From contig OZ316896.1 in the NCBI GenBank assembly GCA_973895155.1, positions 11,336,795 through 11,400,794 of the forward strand: a stretch of DNA of 64,000 bases, read 5' to 3'. Origin of the DNA: Marsupella aquatica. Its lineage: Eukaryota > Plantae > Marchantiophyta. Shown one piece after another: positions 1 to 12,139 of the stretch; positions within the stretch are counted from its first letter, which is position 1; every line of letters starts with the position of its first letter. Position numbers and translations under genes: made by a program. A model generated the notes under the pieces. That model did no database searches and was not told the DNA's origin. It was given only the letters and a program-made list of their open reading frames with translations.

Positions 1-1476
1 TCAAGATTTCTGTTCATCAAATAAATGAACAGCATCACTAAACTGAGCTGTATATGTATATTTATTTGACATAAGTTGGATTAGTGCAGTGTTACTTAGG
101 ACAATCATGTTTTATCAAATGCTTAATATGCTAAGTTGATATTGGTTGTATGTAATTCTTATGTAAATTGGATTGTATATCCCATTGACACATATGAGTC
201 ATCACGTTTATATCAAAATATATCATGGCTTAATTGTAATGTTCATGCCCTTGAACCGATGTAAGTTGGATATCCAATAGACATTAAAAAATTAACAATA
301 GATTGCTACCATATGAACATGTATTAAACATAAAAAGATTGCATGTAGATTATGTAGTGACATTGACTAAATAATGGGTAAGAAATAGCTATTGGATCAT
401 GCATGCAGCTCATTTTACCACATGTCATGCTTGCACCTTCAAAGAAATTATGTGGCATTTTCTTAGTGATGGCCCCATGAATGAGTGTTGCATCTGTTTG
501 AAGTTTTTGCATAGCAATGTCTAAACTATCAAACTCGAATATCAAAGTATACTGCTTTCTAAATTTATATTTTAAACTGGGATATCTGAAAAAAAAGGAC
601 GTGAATTTTTTAACTATGATTCTAAGAAGATGGATATCTTGTGTATGAGCAATTTTGTTTCACTCACTATGATATACATGGCATAAAGATGCCAAATATT
701 TAGTATCAAAATTCAAAGCCTTCGCCAAAGTTACAATATTAGTCATATAAAAAAGTGGTAAATTTTGTGGCATACTCATTGTCTTTTTTTCTTTGTATAT
801 ATGCCACAATGTCGCCTGCAAATGCTTTAATCGGAAATTCGGCCAAGACCTCGACATCTGCTTTGAGACACTCAAGTCTCTCATTCCAAGCGAAGGTGCT
901 CTCCTGCCATTTTTTATTTTGCTCCTTCTCCATTTTTCTAACATAGCCTTGTAAATCAGTGATTTCCTTGGACAAACTTCTAACTCGCATTGGATCTCTC
1001 CTACCCTTGCTCTTATTCTCGCTCATGTCATCTATAGACAAATCTGTCTCTTCACATTGTTGTGACAAATCTGTTTCTTCACATTGTCATTTAGATCCCA
1101 TTTGTCAACTCCATCTAGCCAAAAAGTTCTTGTGTCAAGCCTAATTTCTTGTCTCACTTCTTCTTTTGCTTTTCCTCCATCTTTCTGAAATGACCTTTTA
1201 GATTAGTGATTTCTAGAGGGGACACCTAGCCCAAATCTAGACCATAATCTGCAATCCAATTTGCCATACCATGGATGTTTGCCATTGAAGGTGATCCTAA
1301 TGCCAACCCAGTTTTCTAATGGCATTATTCAAACTATCAAACTCAAATATCAAAGTATGTCCTTTCAAAATTGAGATATATTATAAAAAATGGGAATTTT
1401 TTACTTTAATTTGGAGGAGATGAATGTCTTTGGTATGCGTAGCCAATCTTGTTTCTCTCACTATGGTAAGTATGGC

Positions 1477-1750
1477 CTTGGGGGGTTAACTTAGTGCATA
1501 TTTTGGGATATCATGTGCAATTCTAGCCTAATATTAATACACTTATTTTATAAAAAAACATTCCAAAAATATTCTCTATTTTCAATATTAATGACCTTTT
1601 TTTAAAGGAATACAGACTAGAAAATATTTTATTAATATGAGTTTATAATAGCTTGTTTTGTCTCATAAATTTTATAAAAATTTAGCTAATTTCTATTCCA
1701 ATTACCTATTTTGGATCGCACATGACTCCTACAATTTTTTATAGTTGACC
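1477..1750. mobile_element. Second copy of the same MITE, right TIR truncated
   Basis: Left flank AGTATGGC then CTTGGGGGGTTAACT; interior closely similar to 2449-2735; right end stops at AGTTGACC. Confidence 0.7.
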
Positions 1751-2448
1751 GCATAACAATGCCAAATATGTAGTTTCAAAGTTCAATGTCTTTGCTAAGG
1801 TTACAATATTAGTATCATGCAAGAATATGGTAAATCTTGTAGGATACTCATTCTCTTTTTTACCTCACATATGCTACAATATCCCCTGCTAGCGCTTTGA
1901 TTGGGAAACTTGGCTAAAACCTTAGCATCTGTTTTGAGTCTTTCAAGTCTCTGGTCCCAAGCCTAATTTCTTCTTTTGTTCTTCCTCCATCTTTTTGAAA
2001 TCACCTTTTAGATCAGTGATTTCTAGAGGGAAATCTAGCCCAAACCTAGACTATAATCTGCAATACAATTTGATATACCGCAAATATTTGCCATTGAAGG
2101 TGATCCTAATGTCAACCGAGTTTTTTCATGGCTCTCCATGCTCAGCCGAGGAAATGCCAATCGTTGAATAGCACCATCTCATGAATGCAAAAATGGAAGG
2201 ATCGCATTAGAGTTAGGGCCGAGGATTCTTCACTGCATGGGTTGAAGGTGACCCTAATGCCAACCAAGTTTCTGCATGGCATTATCCAAACTCTCAAACC
2301 CAAATATCAAAGTATACTGCTTACTAAATTTATATTTTAAACTGGGATATCCAAGAAAAAAAGAACGTGATTTTGTTCACTCTAATTTAAAGAAGATGAA
2401 TGTCTTTTGTGTGGGCAACTTCGTATCTCTCACTATGATAGGTATGGT

Positions 2449-2735
2449 CTTGGGGGTTAACTTAGTGCATATTTTGGGATATCACGTGCAATTCTAGCCT
2501 AATATTAACACACTTGTTTTACAAAGAAAACATCTCAAAAATATTCTCTATTTTCAATATTAATGACATATTTTATTTTTAATGGTATACAGTAGAAAAT
2601 ATTTTATTAATATGACTTTATAAAAGTTTGTTTTGCCTCCTAAATTTTATAAAAAAATTAGCTAATTTATATCCTTAAATTACCTATTTTGGATCGCACA
2701 TGACTCCCACAATTTTTGATAGTCGACCCTCCAAG
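2449..2735. mobile_element. MITE (probable hAT-type, 8-bp TSD), AT-rich, ~287 bp
   Basis: TIRs CTTGGGGGTTAACT / AGTCGACCCTCCAAG; flanks GGTATGGT and AGTATGGC; element absent from the paralogous site in block copy 1 (~675). Confidence 0.75.
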
Positions 2736-4179
2736 AGTATGGCATAACTATGTCAAATATGTAGTCTCAAGGTTCAATGTCTTTGCTAAGGTTGCACTAT
2801 TATTGTCATACAAGAATGTTGCAAATCTTATAGGGTATTTGTTGTCTTTCTTACCTCTCACATATGCTACAATATCGCTTGCCAGCGCTTTGATGGGAAA
2901 CTCGGCTAAAACCTTAGCATAGTTTCTGATCTCAAACTTGAGTGTTCTCGTCCCAAGCCTAATTGCTTGTCCCACTTCTTCTTATGCTCTTCCTCTATCT
3001 TTTTGAAATTATTTTTTAGATCAGTGATTTCCTAAAGTGACATCTAGCCCAAACCTAGACTATAATTTGCAATCCAATTCATGACCTTCTGAGAGTAAAA
3101 TGGAAAAGGTCATTATTTCAAGGGAAGCAATTTTTTAATAATTAGGCTATGCTTGTAAGTAGAAACAAGCATGGGAGTTTGTGTAGGGGAGTTCTTGTTC
3201 TGCATACGCATGGATGTCTGGTCTACTAGACTCAACGGGTGGTATGGAAAGTTTGATGGACACTTGTTGTTTCTTTTGCTTTCAACAAAGTTCAGTTCAA
3301 ATGAAGAAAAATAATTTGGATGTGTTCAAAACAAACAACAGTACAACAAACTCTAAAGAACAAAGTATTCTTGAAAAACTACCAATGGAGTTTTTTACTA
3401 TTTTAACGACAAATAGTATAAATTGTGAAAATTATCTGATGTTTGCAATGTGTCTATTTGAGTTCTGTAAATCCATTTGAGCACCTCAAGGTCAAACCTT
3501 TACATCAATCAAGCTTTCCTTTCTCATCAATAGTTGTATATTTGAGCTTACAAGTGTATAAAAGCTCCAATTTTATATTTTATATAACTCTTACAGGTGC
3601 TTGGGCACATAACACATTAGACCTACAGTGTCTAGTTGAGAATTGAAATTGAGATTTGTTGGCTGTTGTGCGCATAACATCGTTATACAACATACATCTC
3701 TTGTCACACATATCCAAACATAGTCACAATCCAATGATAAACATAAGAGAATGAACTACAAAATGGAACCCATGTCCACACATGCCCAAAACCCACAATA
3801 ATCTTCAAGGTGCAAGTCGAACAACGATCAATGCTAATCCAACAACGATCTCATCCGATGCAATCACATACGAATGTCAAGCCCAACCCACCTTGTGCTT
3901 CAAGGAATCCACGTTACATGCACACAACCTGGTCAGTCACACCATAGCCACCAAGCTTGTGCTCAAAGGTTCAACATTGAAAGATATGGCCTTTGAGCCA
4001 ACACAAGGGGATAATATCCCTCACACGAAATCAAACTAAACACTAAGTGCTCATATAGCACATATACAAAACCTCTATACCTAGATAATATGATATACTA
4101 TACTACCACTCTAAATGGTGTGACATGGTCACAAGTCTCCCCTGGCCACTTGAGGTGACCAGTTGGTCCCACTGAAGTG

Positions 4180-4735
4180 ATTGACTTTATGTTGAGGTTA
4201 TCTTATCTACAATAATAAGCAACTGAAAAGCATTAGGAATGAAGGAGTGGCTGAATATTTGACCATATGTTGAAGTCACTTACTTACCTAATGAATATAG
4301 ACAACTGAAAAGGGTTGATCTATGACAAATCAACCCAAGGCTGTATGTTCGACCTTTTGTTGAGGTTACCTACTTACCTCATGAAGATAATTATGAAGAT
4401 AGAAAATTGAAAAGTAAAGGGTTGATTTATGACTAAAAAGCAAATCATGGCTGTATGTTTGACCTTATGTTTAAGTTACCCCTAGTCACTTACTTACTTC
4501 TGAACTTACTTATATATGAAGATAAACTACTGCTAAGCAAAGGGTTGATCCATGAGGAAGGACAGATTGGGTGTATATTTGACCTTATACTAAAGTTACC
4601 TACTTACCTGATCAAGAGAAACAAATGAAAAGCAAAGAAATTGGTACATGCTGAATGACAAAAAGACTGCATATTTGACCTATGTTGAGGTCACCTACTT
4701 ACCTTATGAAGATATACAACTTAAAAGCAAAGAGT
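4180..4735. repeat. Diverged tandem array, ~6 units of ~80-120 bp
   Basis: Core ttgacc.tatgttgaggttacctacttacct.atgaagata.acaactgaaaagcaaagggttga at ~4181, 4259, 4348, 4458, 4578, 4674. Confidence 0.85.
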
Positions 4736-4899
4736 GGAATGAGTGGATTGATTGTCAGGAACCATTAGTTTATGAGAAATTGGTGTTTTGAGGCCTTTGT
4801 TACATGAAAGACCCACAGCCTCCCCTCTGTTGCCAATTTGCAATTGAGATAAATTATTCAGACAGGACCTTGTACTACCCAGTTGCGTGGGGGTTAAAG

Positions 4900-5600
4900 G
4901 CACTCATTAGACCACCACAAGAAACACCACTTTGAGAGACCACTTGGGGAGAGCAAGAGGGAGATTCTAGCTGGAGTGGCTCCTTGAACTTGTTTTGTTG
5001 GTGTTGTTGGAGAATTTCACACAGAGACTGAGTGGGCAATTGTTGGGTTGATTGGCAACAAGTTCTGGCCGAGGTTCTAGCAAGTTTGGTTGTAGGTGCA
5101 GTCTAGAATGAGGGCCTTTCCCCAGTCTCTGTCCTCACAGCCTTCTTTAAGGATAGGGTTTCCATTGCTCTTCAACAGGGCTAGGCTTTCACCATTTTTT
5201 GTAGGGTGGAGGCTGTAGGTTTTAGGGCTTCTAGGTAGATCCTTAATTCAATGTGACCCTCCTTTGTAGTTTGCTCCTGAGCTCTACCAGGCTTTTCAGT
5301 GTTCTGCTGAGTAGGGTTTTAGCCTTTTTTTTTCTTTTTTTTCTTAGGTTGGGTAGTTGTTCTTTCCCGCTTGTCTTGGCCTCTTGGGCTGGTGGGGCCT
5401 CTTTCACCCCCTTGGGGTCTTTCCTTTTTCCTTTCCCCCCTTTATTGGGGTTTTTGCCTTTTGGGGATCCTACCTCCATGGTTTTTGTTATTTTCCTCCC
5501 CATTGTGATATATATATTTATGATGTGTTTGCTTCTTCGTTTCCCCCAAAACTGCCCCTTACATGTTTGCTTTCTTTGTTTCTTAAATATATATTTTACA
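4900..5600 (+). mobile_element. Decayed 3' end of a non-LTR retrotransposon, CRE/R2-like restriction-like endonuclease type
   Basis: 5131-5220 translates VLTAFFKDRVSIALQQG*AFTIFCRVEAVG, resembling the R(V/L)S(I/V)ALQRxxA C-terminal motif of CRE-clade proteins; followed by a T/G-rich 3'-UTR-like tract that recurs at ~60.6 kb. Confidence 0.55.
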
Positions 5601-6482
5601 ACGAGGATAAAAACCTAGGAACGATGTTGATAGCCCACCAAATGGCTTCATATCCAGAGCCCTACTAGAGATAACCAAATGTGGGTCGCCCAATACAATA
5701 GCTGATCAAATTTGATAGAAACACTTTAAGATAAAGGGCAAGCCGTGCTTAGGCACTCTCCTTGCGATCTAGGTCCTAGACGGGATAGAATGTCAAAATA
5801 TGTTTTCTGGAAAGTTTAATCCAATCTGATTTTGTCCTCTAAGGGTGTGTGGGATGTGTTTGTTTTCATTGATATGTGATGCTTGTGTATTACAATTCCT
5901 TTTTTTGTCATGAAAGATGCTTATTTACTACATTTTCTTGGGATCCCTTAGCTAATACATGTTGATCTATGATACACTTAGCTGTAAAAGGGGTAAAATG
6001 TCATTCAAATTGATATAAGACATAAGGGGCAACAATAAATCAAAGTTTTGAAAGGAAAAGTCGATATAGGTCTTGTAGATGCGTTTATATGGCCTATAGG
6101 TCTTACATCAAAGTATTGCTTGGGAGTTGTAGACATTTACCATGGGGGAAAGAGAGGACAACAAACTCAAGCCGGCAGAAAGTCCTTCACAACCAAACCA
6201 TTACTGTAATGAATGTTTGGCTCCATCTCCACTGCCTTCAAAGCACAAAGTCATAAGAGAATCAAATAAACAACATGTGTTAATATAGGATAGGCAAAGG
6301 ATATGAGAAAGGCAGACAAAGGCGGAGGACTGCAAATTCAGTCCTGCCATTAGTTCCAAATCGTGTTATGAATCTTGGAGGGGGTGGTAGGGATGTAGAC
6401 ATGAACATCAATATTGACCTCAATGTTACACCACTATTGGAAAATGATGAATAAGATAATATGTAATTCCACTTGTGTGAAA

Positions 6483-6980
6483 ATATGTATTGCACCGTCT
6501 CAATGATGAGGAAGGGCCGTCCTTGTGTATGTGTATGATAGATTGTAAACCTTCACTCCCTAGTATATGTGTATGACAAAATGTAAACCTCGACTCCCCC
6601 CGGATATGTGTATGACAGAACATAAACCTTCACTCCCCCGGATATTTGTCTAACACAACGTAAACCTTGACTCCCCTGGAAATGGATGAGGAAGGATTGT
6701 CCCTCGGGCTGTCCCCCATATATGTGTATGACAGAACATAAACCCTAAAACTTCCCTAGATTTGTGTATGACAGAACATAAACCTTCACTCCCCCAAAAA
6801 AGGACGAAGAAGGGCCATCCTTGTCTATGTATATGATAGAATGTAAACCTTGACTACCCCGTACATGTGTATGACAGAATGTAAACCTTCACTCCCCAGG
6901 TCAAGGATGAGGGATGGCCGTCCTTGTGTATGTCTATGACAAAACGTAAACCCACAGCAAAGAGTGATATGTATTACACC
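6483..6980. repeat. Minisatellite of ~9 x 38-bp units with interspersed hairpin modules
   Basis: Unit tgtgtatgacagaa(c/t)(a/g)taaaccttcactcccc; modules such as aaggatgagggatggccgtccttg at ~6503, 6680, 6798, 6903. Confidence 0.9.
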
Positions 6981-7349
6981 TTGTCGTGACATAACTAGTA
7001 GTGGTGCAAATGTATTGGGAACCAGACCGTGGCTTATACCAAGACAAGTGTATAGCACGTGTGAGACAAAATATAATCTCACACAAGTGTATTTTGCCTC
7101 CTATGAAAGCATGTGTGAGGCAAAGGTACAAGCAACATCTCTGAAATCTCACTTTTACAAGGGTGACAGTCTGTTCGTTGTAATGGCGGGAGGTGGGCAA
7201 TGATGTCGGAGTAACAATACATGTAGTCCAAAATATATAGGGTCTTTTTTTCAAAACTTTGTTCTGTTGAAACTATCAACGGGTATATCCCAATACATAT
7301 TCAAAACTTCAGCGTAGTGATAGTTGCCACGAAACAAATAACTTTCCAT

Positions 7350-10150
7350 GTCATGTGCCTACAAAACTACTATTTTTGGCAAAGGATCCAATTGTAGGCC
7401 TGGGATTTTCTTTATGTCTTGTAGAGCCCCAATGTCTTCAACTTTATGACCCAAGGCTCTCCTAATCTGAAGGTCAATGAGGGCTAAACAAGTTTTGAGT
7501 AACAAGTCAACATGCCTTGGCAAAATTGGGACACCATCTAGGCCAACCCATACAAACAAGTAGCCCGGCCACTGAATGATGATCTGGATGAACCGGTGGA
7601 AAAGGCACAACTACTTTCTTGCTAGTCAAAACATAAACCATTACACATACATGAAACAAAAAGTTGGATAAGGTTTGCACAATCTTAAAGTGCCTACCCT
7701 ACGACACAATTATGGTTGTTGTTTGGTTCTTCCTGGACCTTGCAGGTCTAGGGTGTGTTGGCTCCACTTGCTGGGCTGTGTGCGAGGCTGTGTGGGCTTC
7801 TTACGTCCTAGCTTACCTTTAGCCCTAGCTTTATGTTTAGCTTTAGCTTTACCTTTAGGTTCTGGCTTCTCAAAAATTTGTTGTTTCTTGAACACAATCT
7901 TATCAGCATTGAAGTTAGTTTGGTCTAAATCCACTTTAGGCATGCCATCGTTAGAGCTCCAGTCTTCATCGTCTTTCGAAAGCATTGCCTATGTCAATGA
8001 CACATTTGGACAAATACACAAAAAGAATCTGAATGTAGATACAAAACATGAACTCAGAACCAACATGAATGTAGATATAGAACATGAACTATGACACACA
8101 TATATACCTGAGTTTGCATGTCGTGCTAGCATGCATCGATGTACCAGCTGGGTCGTAGGTACAAACCTGTTAGGTGGATACACCAATTATCCTATTAGCC
8201 GCCTACTTGCACATAGAAATAGAAAAAGAAAAGTTGATTACAGAACCGATGGTCAGTTTTTCATCCTGGGATGACACTTACAATATTGCTCTGCAGTTTT
8301 TCGCCCTTTTAGTAAAGTGTACCACACATTCGTTGACTTCGGACTCACTTTGGCTCATGTTTTGTTATTCACTTCAAAATTGAAGTGGATGCATGGAGAA
8401 AGCCCTGGAGGTATACCCCTTGGACCCTAGAGGACTAAGAAACCCCTCTGGATAGGGAGATCCAGGCGAGCCCTCCCAACCACAAGAAAGATTCCACTAA
8501 AGATAAATTAGTGGGATGCAAGATGAGGATGACAACAAACCATGTTATAGTGCCAATCAACTACCCTACGACTTGCCTAATCTATCTAGTGTCGCTGTCT
8601 CCTAGGTGGCGGCGAGGTGGGTTGAGTCCCAAGCCATCAACCAAGTGCCAAACGCTCACTAGTCGCTAAATCAAAGATTTAGAAATGCCCTAACGTAACC
8701 ATGATCGATGCTAATTAGGATAACCGCTCAAACCCGAGTACGTGATTAACGAGGATTGCATGACATGCATTTGCTCTACATCCATGTATGGACTCTGATT
8801 TTGCCAGAATGCATTAGTGTTATCTTTTATAGATGACAACATGCTTGTGAACTCCTTTGAACCCCTCCACTCATGGTAGGTCTTTTGCCTTGCTCATAAT
8901 CCATGCAATTTCATCCCCATCATGAGCCGAGTTCAGGTTGTTTGCCCAGCAGAGGAACCAAGTCATCCTCTACCGCTTGAGCTTCCAAACCCGTCCGGGG
9001 TAGGATCCTAGAGTGGATAGTGAATTGTGTGCGGCAACCGCTGTAGTGGGTGGATTCCTTGCAGCACAAACAAAGGAGAAGATTTTTGAATGCGTCACAC
9101 CGACAACGTTCACAAGCCAAAACATAAACCTACAAATGGAACATCTCAATACGTAGAACATAAACAAACAGACTTGGAAATACATCAATCCAAAACATAA
9201 ACCAATAATGCGCAACTCCATACCTATCCCTTCCCAACAATTTGGGATAGTAGACCGGACACTTCAGGATTCATGCGATGCACAACTTGCATGTGATCTA
9301 AAAATGCTTCCTTCTTAATCCACACTCTGATGTTCTCTTCCAATGCTCATTGATGTTGGCCTACGAGAAGTTGACCCATTCTGCCTCCAATGGAATTGCA
9401 GGCTTCCCTTTCGAGGTTACACTACTACTGAGCAAGGCCACATTCGGGGCCACATTATCTAAATGAATCCAAAATGTCCATGTCAATACCAAAATCTCAA
9501 AAGTCCAGTTCCAGCATCTTGCAGACATAAATTGTAACCCTAAGCTCTGCATCCAAAATTCAAGTAGAACATGAACTACAACCCTAAACACGTAAAGTAT
9601 CCCACACAATAGATATGTCAAGTGCCTACCCTAAGTAGGCAGGTTTGATATGCTGGTTTCGGACTCCTAGGTGTTCAATGAATAAGTTCACTATAAACAT
9701 GAGGCAGATTGCCCGAACGCAATGATGTCTACATCATACGATCCAAAGAAAATGTGAAGAATAACCCCACCAAAACCCAAACCAATCACTAAACATCCAT
9801 TGGAGACCTAATTGCGCAAAAGCGAAGCTTCTCAAAAGCAATATGCCAACATCACACCATGATTGCGCAACAGTATGTTGGGATTGAAGAATGCTTACTT
9901 TCTAGTCCTGGGAATGTTCGTGTGCTCCTGTGTGACCCCACCGGTGGCGAATCCTTCGCGAGTGTCAAACACCAGTCCCCGGTCAACAATGGGAGACCGT
10001 GAGGTTGGTATGTGCCTCTCCCGCCTAGATTTTCAAAAGACGCACGGGGACAGAAAGTTTCCGTCATCCTTGGTGGATACTGCCAGAACATAAACCAACA
10101 TTTGCTTCTTCGGGCGGGCAGGCTACATTGGGTTTAGGGATGGGCAGAGT
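7350..10150 (-). pseudogene. Decayed, apparently spliced minus-strand gene or TE-gene remnant of unknown family
   Basis: Short protein-like stretches (7710-7985 acidic then Lys-rich) bounded by minus-strand splice-like sites (GGTAGGCAC at ~7699 and ~9630; TTTGTAG at ~9130); many stops; no family recognised. Confidence 0.3.
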
Positions 10151-12139
10151 ATGGTGGCCCACTAATCCTGGACGACATGAACTTGACATAGATTTAACTC
10201 AGGGTAGAATATTGGGGATCATGGTATGAACCCATACCAAGCCTTGTGGAATTGGTACTTTCATGTAGATGTCTGGTCACCATCATGTAAATCAAAGTGA
10301 CCAGTCATTTAAAATGAATGGTAGTGATGAAATTTAATATGAAAAACATTACCTGTCATTTCCCTCCTGTGGAGTCCCCAGTCATTTTCAATGGACTGTC
10401 TGGATGAAATCTAATATGAAAATAATCACCCGTTGCTTCCCCATCTCAAGACCCCATACAGATTTTGAGTATAAATCCGTATTTCATCAACATGACTCAT
10501 TGATTGCATATAATGTTTCCCTTACTCATCCATGGTTATGACCGACCATGGATCACTCTCCCAACCTTTCGCAGACTTGAAAGATATCTCCATTGGGGAT
10601 GGAATTGTTTTTACCATCTGGCTAGACCCACAACCCTCTTTCTGGGGGTAGCTAAAGTATGAGGAACCACAATGGGAAAAATATATTCTTTGGTACAGTA
10701 AAGCCTTGTTACTTTCTCCCTACAGTAAGTAATCCTTGTGGCTTGACAGGTTACTTTCTCTCTACCATAATTGAGCATTGTGGCTTGGCGGCAAATTGGT
10801 AATCAACACCGGGATCTCAATAACCACCCAACCAGAAAGATTAAACTTCCCCAATCACAACATGACTGCACAAAGGGAATGACAATGCTTCACTTCCTCG
10901 TCTATATTTCTTTGTTTCACCTTGAAATTGTGGATCATGAAAAGCAAGCACATCAGATTAATTTGTTACAAAAATTCTTGTCACCATCAGATTGGACCCA
11001 CAAGCCTATTTGGGTCCAACGAAAGTACGAGGAAAAGGAAGGGAAAAATATCTCAGGTACAGTAGATCTTGTTACTGTGTTCCTTTACCGCAGGTAATCA
11101 TTGTGGGGCAACTTGGTAATTATCTTTAGGTCCTGATAACCTTTTCCTCTAGAGGCTGTTCAATATACGCGTGTGAGCCGTACCTCTTGCCCAGTGGAAA
11201 ATTTGAAAAAAGTTTGAACAGGAGATTACCGGCAGCTAATCACAGACAAAACCCGCGAGGCGAAACTGAAACCGTGTGTCCTTGACGTTGGCGACAGCTC
11301 CTCAAGGACCACGGTATCGCTGTGCCGGTAACATTGGTAGACGCCCCTAATTTTGGCGGTCAAGTTGGGGTGGACGACAGCGGTGTGGCTGCGGTAGTAG
11401 CGGGGGTTTCATTCGCTCAAAAGCTTGGTGGAAGATTACAAATAGATACAATACGGAAACATTTTGGAATCATCTCTACTTTAGTGAAGGAGAAATTGCG
11501 GTATCACTGTTCTATCTACAATTTATATATGAGCTAAGGACTCTCTAACCATCACTTTTCTAATCGTTATGATCAACACGTAACTTCTAAAATGGGCGGG
11601 AATGGTCCTTAGCAGTCAGATCAATTTTAGACAATTTTCAGAACCGTCCGATGTGTCAACAGTGGTTTCTGTTGGAAAGACACAGGCTACTGTAGCTCCT
11701 CCATTTTCTTTTGGCTCCCAATCATCTTTTAGCCCACAGTCTGAAAGATCGACCATATCCACATTGACGACTCTTTATACAAAGCACACATTGACATATC
11801 TAAATCCTCTAATTTAGTGACGTAGCTACTAATATACCAGTATTTTCTATTTCCCCCGTCAAAAAGCTCGAGAAAAGTTGGGGAAGGGGGCCCGCGCCAG
11901 GAGATGCCTCCTATTTTGGCCAGAAGGTTTGGGTGGAAAACAGCAGGAGATTAGAATGTCTTCGCTAGTCAGTCGTATGAACCCGCCGCAACCTGCTAGA
12001 GATGCCTGCTATTTTGGCGAGGGTAAAGAGCGACCGGGACGACCGGGAGACCGGACAAACCGGTTACGTTCTGCAGGACTGGTGGAGCCAGCGAGCCAGC
12101 AGGCAAAGGGTGCGCCGGTGCGAGACAGTCATCGACGGC

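Larger units (their letters stand above)
505..3080. repeat. Three diverged tandem copies of a ~0.75-0.95 kb block carrying a decayed minus-strand reading frame
   Basis: Shared start aaactatcaaactc..atatcaaagtat (~525, ~1331, ~2288) and shared end ctagcccaaa.ctagac.ataat.tgcaat (~1227, ~2035, ~3044); peptide VLAEFPIKA(F/L)A(G/S)DIVAY..KKDN.Y in copies 1 and 3. Confidence 0.85.

Noticed and set aside
4600-4612. U1 snRNA 5'-end-like TACTTACCTG
   Set aside because: No further U1 sequence follows; it is the reverse complement of a splice donor within the tandem unit.
5740-5775. Helitron 3' end (GTGCTTAGGCAC hairpin then CTAG)
   Set aside because: Stem is short, CTAG is not followed by T, and no matching 5' end or second copy was seen.
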